Below are positions 1 to 9,681 of a stretch of 64,000 bases of DNA, in pieces (the first letter of the stretch is position 1; the number at the start of each line of letters is the position of its first letter). A program made the translations under genes and the position numbers. Source of the stretch: Neodothiora populina (lineage: Eukaryota); assembly GCF_041146345.1 (NCBI RefSeq), contig NW_027191404.1, forward strand, positions 1,550,001 through 1,614,000, read 5' to 3'. The notes beneath the pieces were generated by a model. That model made no database searches. It was not told where the DNA came from and saw nothing but the letters and a program-made list of their open reading frames with translations.

Positions 1-605
1 CTTGGACTTTGACAAGAACAGAACCTTCAAGATTCAAAATGTCAATGTTCGCAACCCCATCAACGGCAAGCCGGTCGCCTACAAGATCCACGCGCCACCT
101 TTCCAGAAGGGTCTCGCAGACAAGGACAGCTTTACACACAAGCGTGCAGAGTTCTCCGACCGCAACATTTACGCTGTCAAGCACAGAGATGGTGAGCTGT
201 ATGCTGGCGGCAGATACACCAACCAATCTAGAGGTAACGCGGGTGTCAGAACTTGGTCGGAGAGGAAGGAGAAGATTGTCGACGATGATCTTGTTGTCTA
301 TGTCCAATTTGGTATCAACCACGTCCCTCGTATCGAGGACTTCCCAGGTAAGTGACCCGAAAGCTCGTGTCTTGCAAACATCTCTAACCTTGCTCGCTGT
401 AGTCATGCCTTGTGAGATCATCAAGGTCTCCATGAAGCCGGTCAACTTCTTCGACAAGAACCCTGCGCTCGACGTTCCTCCCAGCACACAGGAATTCAAC
501 AAGAGCACGCTGATCAGCGAGACGCATCATCAATCTAGTGTCGAGGGTGTCGTCAGCAGTTCGGGGGACGTCTGCTGCAACACCACGCCGTCTAGCAAGC
601 TATAG
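1..605 (+). CDS. Copper amine oxidase, C-terminal part (gene starts before the window); intron 348-402
   Basis: Removing GTAAGT(348)...CTAAC...TAG(402) joins the two ORFs into GINHVPRIEDFP-VMPCE, the conserved C-terminal H-x-P-R-x-EDFPVMP motif of copper amine oxidases, followed by PVNFFDKNPALDVP. Also contains ELYAGGRYTNQS. Confidence 0.93.
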   Translation, partial: WTLTRTEPSRFKMSMFATPSTASRSPTRSTRHLSRRVSQTRTALHTSVQSSPTATFTLSSTEMVSCMLAADTPTNLEVTRVSELGRRGRRRLSTMILLSMSNLVSTTSLVSRTSQVSDPKARVLQTSLTLLAVVMPCEIIKVSMKPVNFFDKNPALDVPPSTQEFNKSTLISETHHQSSVEGVVSSSGDVCCNTTPSSKL

Positions 606-2738
606 AAACAAAAGAGAGGATTAGATTACCAAGCCTGGGCATACTCCACTATTTTGATGGACAAAATGGCCGAGATTGTATTCCCGAATGGGAAACCCGG
701 GAAACGTTGCGTGCATTTCATTACTGTACGTGGCTCGGACTGCCGCGTGTAAAATGCGCCCCTTGCAAGATAAGCAGGACCATGGATGGAAGATTTCATG
801 TATGTAGAGTGAACATATTTAGACCGAGAAGGAATCCATATTGACGATATTTGTCTTTATGTAGAGAGCTACCATCAATGACGATTAATGCCCAAAAGAT
901 CTCGAGCGCGCAATGACCTTCACAAGGTATATGCTTCATGTACGAGCAATAAGGAAGCTGCTCCTTTGCACGACGACACTGCAACTTTGGTCTTGATCCT
1001 GTGATCGAATGACAAAGATGCATAACTACCTTATCTGACTTGCTTTGCTTTGGTCGAGTCAATGGCTTTGCTTCCTGTTCTGCCCGATCCCAGTTCTTTT
1101 AATCTATACCACAGCCAGAATCCCAGTGGCTTGCCTTGTTCTTCTTCTAGCATGCGCCTCGTCCAAGCCATCATGCAGTGTCTCAGAGGATTGTCGTCCT
1201 GGGCTGCTACAGCACTCAGCAGCAGCCTACCGCCTACCCTCGCCACCCTTGGCCACCAACCGATGGGGCCAATGAATGACTCGTTGGCTTTTCTTTGCAT
1301 TTCATTTTCAGCTATACATGCATCTGCTTAAAATCGATTCTATCATGAGAACAACGACTTTCTACTGGCCAGTGCACCATCAATCTCACACGGGTCATGC
1401 CTGGCGTGTCTTTTCCGGCCGAAGGAAAAACCCCACGGCGGAGGTACTTCCATCTGCAAGCGACCGTAACCCAAGATTTCGCAACCGCATACGAGCTTAA
1501 CCCTGGTTTATGCACAGATTTGAGCGGGTGAGGGCAATCTCGAGGCCCTTTCATTTTCAGCAAGCCATTTGTTGACTGCATCGCTGACCGCGTAGGTGAT
1601 CTCTCGATGGATACTGACGAGTCATTGACTCGATTCGATATATGCGCGTGCAGTTCAACTGTCTGCACACCTGTTTCGGGAATTGTCACAGTCGGGAGAG
1701 AGCCATATCCAGAAAAGCTTATGCAGGCCCCCGATATCCGAATACCAGAAAAGCTCCACCTTTTGACATGCACTTGTAGAAAACAAGCCACTATCACCAC
1801 ATTGCATTGGGCGAGAGATGTTGTAGCAAGACCCATGTTTCATCTGTCTCCTACACACCGGTCTATACCCGGAACCACGGTAGCGACGGCGATGCAGTGA
1901 GTCGTGCTCATAGTCGTCCAGATTACGACACGATCAATGCAGGGCAAGCCACCGTGGCGGCAACCTGCTTGTCTGACACACGGTCTATTGTAAACCACGG
2001 CACGCTCGCATGAGCTGAGTCTTAGCCATTCCCGGCGACCTGGTACAGTTGTCATACACGGGGTAAGCCTGGTTCTTCATTATTCACATTCCTGGTTCAC
2101 GAGTATACAAGCCATGGGCAACGATAAGATTCATCGACCGAGCGCACAGCCTTCCTACTCGTTGATGTCGCAATCGCTTGAGTGGGATTGACATCCAGGG
2201 CACCATGCTGCCCAATTGATGCGCACACACACCACACACTTTCGCCAACACTGGTCTTGATAGTTTACGAGCTGTCCTCCTGCATTACCGCTTCGAAAAA
2301 ACTCACAAGAGGATTAGTCTCCTGGACTTTGGTCCGCACGTTGCAATTTGTCGGGTTATTGTCTCGTCATCTGAACACTCTTTCCTGCCCTATTATCTCT
2401 TCACTACGATAAGCACAGATCTACAGCGCCGCCTCTATCCAAGATGGTCGGGAACGGGGGCGGAAAGGGGGGCATGGCAAATACGTGCTCCGTCTGCCTG
2501 GACCACGTGTGTATGCGCCTTCGATCCAGCAACATGGACTCGGTGCACGCTTGTGTCTTCTACCATGATCATATATATGTTCGGCTAGCATGCACCGAAT
2601 CTGTGCTGATTGGGGTCTGCTGTTTGCATTTCGAGTACCCAAGAGTCCTCCATCAAATCATAATTTACGCGCCACGTATCCGGCAGATCTGTGTATATAA
2701 CAGTGTCGAGTTAGTCCTTCTCGACGCCAAAACAAAGG

Positions 2739-4811
2739 ATGACTATACTGAAGGCTGAGACCGCGAGCATCATGAAAAACGGAGGGTCTGATGGTGTATC
2801 CCCCTCAGGGAGTACCGTTACAGCATCTGGCACATCAGACCAGTCATCTCCAGGTCGGACCAAGTCGTCACAGAACAAGCGTACCGTGCGGACGTCTCAG
2901 TGTCGCTCTAAAACTGGATGCCTGACTTGCAGGAGGAGAAAGAAGAAGTGCGATGAGCGTAAGCCCAGCTGTGAGTTTACACTGCCGAGGAGGTGATCAA
3001 ACAAGTACTAGATTAGTCGGCCTTGTGAGCATTGCCTTCCTTTGGAGCACCCAGAGCTTCGATTGTCTCCGGGTCTAGTCTGTTGGTCACAGCCGCACCA
3101 TACCTTACAATGCAGCTGCCGCTAAGGACTCTCACTGACCAGTGCAGGCTGGAATTGTACAAAGAACAACGTATACTGTCTAGGTTATGAGGAACGGCGA
3201 GACTGGGGGAGCAAAGCACAGCATTCAAAAAGCAGTCAGTCCAGGATTGAGTTGTCTCACGAGCATCTGCTGAATAGAAGCATAGTACGACCAACCCCTC
3301 CGCTCCCTCAAATGATAGCAGCAGTCGACAACGCATTAGACCAACAGCTGCTCTCCTTCTACATGTCAGATCTGAGTCACAGTCTGAACATCTACAACAG
3401 TCACCACAACCCTTTCACTCACCTTGTCGTACCGTTGGCATTGAGAGATGCCGGACTGATGCATTCGGTTTTGAGTCTCTCGAGTTCATGTCTTATAGCT
3501 CGGCAAGAACGACCGAGCTGTGAGTTGCTAGTCCGACAAAGCCACCACTTTGGTCTAGCAATAGTCGATCTGAGGCAGCATCTTAACGTGTCGAGTGTGA
3601 ATACTAGTGTGGGTAGCACCACCGACTGCACTATGATCAGGACAATCCTCCATTGTCTAGAGTCGAGCAACGCCGGCAATAGCAATGGAGAATACAGGTG
3701 TCACTTGCAAGCGACCCAGCGTCTCGTGCTCGACTACTCTCAGTCTTCCTCTGCAGAAGTCCATGACTTTGGCCGCCGATTCGTCAACTACCAGAACATT
3801 GCCAACAGCATCATGTCTTTGAGGCCTGTCCACCACCCTCCCTTTGTGGTCCCTCCCGGGCTGGCCGGCTCTCTCGAACAGCCTACGTTGATGTCCTCGC
3901 ACGAGGCCCCGCCATTCCAGAGTCTCCTCACACCCATCGAGTCTCTGCTGGAGACCTTTATTTCCCTCCGCCACCTACGAGACGGTATCCGCACATATCG
4001 CTCCTCGGGCACATCATGGTTCTCCAACGCCCATCTGCTCCATCTCATCTTTGCCATCGATGAGTCTCTGCAGTCGTGGAAATGTCCATCTGTCAACGAC
4101 ACAAGTCAGTATCACGCAGCCCTGCTGTACAGACAATGCGCGTGGATCTATCTCTTCCGAACGATCCGACCCTCGGTACCAAGCGCAGAGCTCGAAGCCG
4201 CCGTCAATGAAGGGATCAGACACGTCTATGGTGTCCTGCGCGATGCAGACATAGCCATACCCACCACGTCTCACAGCGTCAACACTTCGTCAGCGGCAAC
4301 AGGAGAAGTATTGCAGACAGAGAAGAAGACTACTGGCAGCAGTAAAGACACCCAGCAACAAGCCAGACTGCAGATCATTCTGCCCTTCCTCGTCGTACTA
4401 GGCTGTGCGGCATTCGGATCTCGTCAGCGCGAGATGATCAGGCCTTGCTTCCAGGTCCTGCGCGAGAGGTGTCTGGTCGGCAACATCCAAGTCGCGAGGA
4501 GCGTCGTGGAGGGCATGTGGGGGATCATGGATACCTCTGCTTCTGCTGCAGCTGCAGCTACATATACTACTACAACGGCGACGACGACAGATATCTTCGC
4601 CGGCGGTAGAAGTCACTACGATGAGATGATTGGCGTCGGCGTCGGAGCCGTCGGTTGTTTCGATTGGACTACTAATATAAATGAAGAGTATGGCTTAGGC
4701 GGATGCAGTAATGAGCAACAGCGACAGCAGCAACTACAACGAGATGAAGACGACGCTTGGGATTGGGAACAGTGCATGTCGGATATGGGGTTTGATGTTT
4801 TGATCTCTTAG
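2739..4811 (+). CDS. Zn(II)2Cys6 transcription factor with a fungal-specific TF (Fungal_trans_2-like) domain; intron 2971-3147
   Basis: Splicing GTGAGT(2971)...ACTGAC...CAG(3147) gives CLTCRRRKKKCDERKPSCWNCTKNNVYC, a complete binuclear cluster in frame with the 3252-4811 ORF (NPFTHLVVPLA...LMHSVLSLS...WDWEQCM). Start is 2739 or 2772. Confidence 0.9.
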
Positions 4812-5290
4812 ATGTTCGAGGAGAATGGTTGATTATTGTTCGGATATCTAGTCGTCTGTCAGGAAGTGCAGCAGTGCTACCTACCTACTTTATGCATTAT
4901 ACAAGAGCAGTACCTACCCAGCTAGCTAGCTATAGTGAGGGTACGACCTTTGCTCCATAAAACATGTCTGCATGCTTGCTGAAGACATGCCATCTTCAGC
5001 GACGTTATAGAAGTCTTGCCTGCCTGGTCAGCTACGAGATGTGTTACATGTCCTCGCTCAGTGAGCGAGCAAATCTAGTGCTTTTGTTCAGATTCGACTT
5101 CGAACTCAACAGCAACAACAGCAACAGGAATAGAGAGATAGGTTCCTGGGTTGAGTTGTAGAATAGCTCTTTACACCCAAAACCACTGTGTGAGTCAATC
5201 ATGCTGTAATATGGTTCGACCAGCGATACTTCCAATTAAGGTATAGTGCTACCACAAAGCTGCCGGCCTTTAACCACCCTTTTTTTTGGT

Positions 5291-5310
5291 AATCGAATCG
5301 CTCTGATTGG
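5291..5310 (-). promoter_or_regulatory. Putative bipartite CBC:HapX site (CSAAT-N12-RWT)
   Basis: Minus strand reads CCAAT-CAGAGCGATTCG-ATT(AC), about 415 bp upstream of the ATG at 5725. Confidence 0.4.
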
Positions 5311-5724
5311 TCAGTGCCCGTATTCTGCTGACCCAAAAAGAAAGCTACAACGACTCGAGTCTTTTTCGAGCTTAGGCTCTCACCCCCCTCTCTCTTGTAC
5401 AGCAAGGTATGTACCTGCCCGCCAGCCAGCGGGAAGATAGAATGCGGGGCAAGAGCAAGCTTTGGGCTCTCTAAAGTTCAGGTAAGGAGGGAGTGATCAG
5501 GAGTGAGTGACTGACACTGATTAATCGACCAATCACCCCACCTTGGTAGTGCGGTCTGTTTGTTTCCTTCTTCTTTTTCTAGCAAGCAACCCTCTCCCAT
5601 CCCCCAAGTTCAGGCTTCCCACACAATACAAAAGAGAAAAGAAAAGAAAAAATCCAGTAAACAACCCCCCCCCGACCACCACAAAACCACCTTCCCCCCC
5701 AACCCGACCAAAGACCCCCCCAAA

Positions 5725-6171
5725 ATGGCCGCCTCCTCCTCCGCTCAAGTCTGCCCCATAGTAGGCACAACAAACACGATCCTGCCCCCAACCCACCCCG
5801 ACTTCGACCTCAGCCTCCCGGGCCAAACCTGCCCGATCACAAACGCGACCACAGACCACCACCACAACCTGTCCAAGCACCCAGTCGTGCCCAACGCCAA
5901 CGCTAACAACGCGTCCGCCTGCCCAGCGCTCAAAAACGTCCTCTCGGAGCCGCAGAACGAAGCCCTCGACGAGGGCGTCTGTCCCGTTGTGGGACCGGTT
6001 TCGACCATCCTGCCGCCTGATCATCCGTCTACTGCCGCTAATAAGCAAGGCGATGTTTGTCCGGTTACGAAGGCGTCGCTGGGCCATCATGTGGGTAAAG
6101 TCCATGAGCATCCTAACGTTGAGGGCGCGGCGGAGGGCGCGGTTTGTCCTGTTGTTGGGAGGAGGTCGTAG
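5725..6171 (+). CDS. Small (148 aa) uncharacterised Cys-Pro/His tandem-repeat protein, candidate heme/metal-binding
   Basis: ATG in strong context (CAAAATGG). Two internal repeats of the form CP[IV]VG-x4-ILPP-x-HP-x10-CP[IV]T-x5-HH...HP...CP. All 6 Cys are in CP dipeptides; 10 His. Confidence 0.85.
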   Translation: MAASSSAQVCPIVGTTNTILPPTHPDFDLSLPGQTCPITNATTDHHHNLSKHPVVPNANANNASACPALKNVLSEPQNEALDEGVCPVVGPVSTILPPDHPSTAANKQGDVCPVTKASLGHHVGKVHEHPNVEGAAEGAVCPVVGRRS

Positions 6172-6598
6172 GGTGGCGACGGGGTTGTAAGGGGGGTTAA
6201 TTGTTTGGCTTATGCGAGTGGGTTGTTGGTTTCTTTCTTTTTTTTCGCTGAAGGCGCCTGGGGTGTGGGCTTTCGGTACGGGCAAGCAGAACTAAGAGGG
6301 AAGGAGGGGTATCTGGAGGTTATTTCGTCGTTACTCGTGAGATATCCTGTACGTAGAGATGATCTTGTCTGATTCTCATCATGCACTTTTGATTTTCTCC
6401 ATGTGCACGAGTGCAAGCGGGCATGCCATCGAGCTATGTGTCTGACAACAGTCACTTGAATGGGCATGTGAGCTTGATATAGTAAGTTTTACATTAATCG
6501 TTAAAATGAACATGAAAGAAAAATTAAAGAAACTGTTTCCAACTCTGCAATCCTTCATTGCCTCATTATAGTCAAACTTTCATGAAGCGACAAAGGAA

Positions 6599-8109
6599 TC
6601 AAACACCGCTGCTAGCGGTCCTCGAGAACCTATTCCTAGGCTCGTTCTCAGGATGCACCAAGCCCCCGAGCGCCTCATTGGGCTCATGCGCCAACGGTGC
6701 ATAGATCTCATCATGAGTAGCAGGAGCAGGCGAGTCCATGCGTTCGCCAGCCTGGACCTGAGCTACAGTGGCCTGCTGCTGATCAGGGCGATAGCTCGCT
6801 CTGCGGGCTGCATCACGCAAGTACCCCAGCCGACCCATCGACGAGCCCGAAGTCACGGCCTGAGGTCTCTGCGGCAGTCTCTGCGTTGTTGAGGGCTGAG
6901 GAACAGCCGTCTCGTCGCTTGAAGATGTGCGCGAGTTGGCGCGGAAGTTGGACCCGTACATGCCGGTCGGATCGGCTTCCATTGATTTTCTGCCCTGGCC
7001 GTTGGCCATGACGCCGCCGTCCATGCCTCCCGCCGCAGCCTGGGAAGTGGCGAGGTCGTGGGCGACGACTTCTGCTTCGGCGTGAGGCAGACCGGCGGCC
7101 ATGAGGAGCTGGCGCTTCTTCTCCACTTTGGCCGCGTGGTCCATGTCCTGGCCGGGGTTGGCCGTCTCGTACTCGAGCACTTTGATGAATTTGTAAAAGC
7201 CTGCTGCCACGAGACTGCCGAGCATGGGTCCCAACCAGTAGATCCAGTGGTAGCCTGAGAACTCGGCGTTGACGACTGCGGGGCCGAGACTGCGCGCTGG
7301 GTTCAGACTGCCTCCTGTGAAGAAGACGCCGGTGAGCTCGGCGATGAAGAGCGAGAGACCGATGCCGACGGGCGCGATGAAGGTGCCTTTGTGCTTCTCT
7401 GCGGCTAACATGAAGATTGTAAAGACCAGCTGGGCAGTCAGGAACATCTCGATGAAGAGGCCTTGGACGATGGTTGTGCCGCCTCCGAGGGTAGTGCGGA
7501 CGTTGAGCTCGCCAGGGAACATGCAGCTGACGAGGGCTGACGCTACAATGCCTCCAATAAGTTGTGTGACGAATAGTAGAGCTCCTCTGAACCAGGGTAG
7601 AGCGCCAATCAGGCACATTCCCACGGTGACCTGAATCGATCCCGTCAGTAAGATGAGAATCTGGCTCCAGAAAGAATACCACTTACAGCTGGGTTGAAGA
7701 GTCCACCGGAAATGCGGAAGAACACCCATGCATTCACGGCGAGCGAGAAACCAAAGCAAAGTGCAATGTACTGGAGTTGCTGAGGGTTACTGCCAGTCTC
7801 GGCAACACTCAGGCCTGCTGAACTGTTGATGCTGTTCGCGACCTGTGCTCCGGAGAGTGCAAAGTACAAAAACAGAACTGTGCCCACGAATTCACCACAC
7901 ATGGCGATGAAATGGTTGCGGACATTGTCTGGAAGTCGATTGACTATCGGAAGACGGTAATCAGAATCCGTGAGTTCAGCATTTGGGTTCGCTGCCTTTG
8001 TAAAAGGGAGAGCGAAGAGCTTTCCGCCGACGGGTTGCTAGGGACTGCGTCAGTTTCTACACAAAATTTCTGTCCAATTTCGGGTGGAGCTCCTTACATT
8101 GATATTCAT
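6599..8109 (-). CDS. Aquaporin (MIP family, orthodox AQY1-like); introns 8038-8097 and 7631-7686
   Basis: RNHFIAMCGEFVGTVLFL, ISGGLFNPA-VT, FTGGSLNPARSLGP and HWIYWLGP motifs, giving two NPA boxes. Canonical splice sites lead back to the first exon MNIN. Confidence 0.93.
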
Positions 8110-9681
8110 GATTTCGGTGGTGTCGTTCCTTGGAAGCAGCCAAACCCCTTATAAAATCCCCAGTATGGGATCAAGGGCAAAATATACTCAAACACAAGAT
8201 CAACTGACGGAGAATAAAAAGTCGAAAGAGGAGTGATATAAAGAGAAATGAGCCACCTGCCTAGCCACAGATGCAGGCACGAGTATCTATAGCATGTCGG
8301 CCTGCCTTGGGGTGACCACATCCCATACAAAACCAAACCAAACCTTCTCACAGACGGTGATGGTGAGCCATCGTCATCGAAGCCGGCTCACCCTCCCACC
8401 ATCATCAAATCTCCATTTTCCAGCGTCCCGTACGGGAATCCACAGCCATCTACGCACTCAACCCCATGAGATCCAGAGCCGTTGCAAGGTTCCAGCTGCC
8501 TTCACTTTCCAGGCCGTGTTCCCCCACGGACTCGATCTGCTTAATCGAAAGCTTGTCTGCGCATGATCTGCGCGGATCCGCTGACGGTGCTTCGCAAAGA
8601 CGGCAGCGGCTGACTTGGAAAGGAAACTCTCTTTGGTAGTCTACCTCGATTGAGCGAAATCGCTCGAACGGACTTGGTTTTTGTTCGAATGTTGTTACGT
8701 TGGGTCGTGGAAATTGCACGTGGAGGTTGTGGCGCTTCGAAACTTTGATTCGAGGCTATGACGATATCGAAGTGTGGCTAGAACTCACAAGTGGCTATTG
8801 GACCCACGGCTCGACCTCTTGAGGCTTTGCTCTCGACCACTACACTACTCGACCAGTTGTTCGACGATGAAACAGACGGGCAACGATATTTACATCCGAA
8901 AGCGAGATTTGACCTTGATCCTATCTTTTGAAACGGCATCGTGTTCTGATTGACAATCAACACAAGGTGTCAACAGCGTTTTGACAATGACCGAAGATGC
9001 TGTCCGTAGGGTCATAGATGAGGTCGTCAGGTCCACATCATAGGATCCAACCTTCCTACCCCTTGACTCAGCGCTTTACTGGTGTCCGAGAAGTCTGTTC
9101 GTACGCGTTGCGTTGCCCATTGCAAGTCGCTAGGGCTTAATCTAGAGAAGTCAAGACAGAAAGGCCGTCTATAGTTGTCGAACAAGTCGATGTTGACGCA
9201 CAAGCAAAAGCAAGATGTCTGTGGCTGTTTATTCGCAACATAATACCTCTGCTTACTAGACTGCTAGCGAGGTTTTGCTGCTAATTTATACTTCATTCTG
9301 ATCCTTCGCGTGGACTTGCTCATGTCTGCCACAAGCGTGGCGCAGGTCTAGAAGACGAAAAGCCACATTAGATTTGTCCATCTACATCATCCAACGTGGC
9401 ACATGATAACAAGGAAAGGTTGTTGTGCTGATATGACCCTGATAATTATGTTTATTTTGACTAGAGATGAGAGCTAATTCCAAGAAAAACGTCGTCCTGA
9501 CCAAATACCTGCTTCAATTTCTCAAGCCCAATGTATTGCGCATAATATTACCTGTAACACGCCGCATCGCATAAACCGAAAGATGATGCCCCTGTATCAA
9601 CGCAGGATCGTTCCAGCAGTGATTGCGCCAGCGCCTCACTGTTCAGCATCCTCCAACTTTCAACTTCCGTGTCATGGATCA

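Noticed and set aside
681..706. Small inverted/direct repeat TTCCCGAATGGGAA...GGGAAAC after the amine oxidase
   Set aside because: Too short to distinguish from chance.
5533..6285. 250-aa minus-strand ORF and the 5560 extension of the CP-repeat ORF
   Set aside because: Antisense shadow and low-complexity leader. The repeat structure and start context support only the plus-strand CDS from 5725.
6813..7682. 289-aa Arg-rich alternative-frame ORF within the aquaporin
   Set aside because: Typical GC-rich frame shadow with no motifs.
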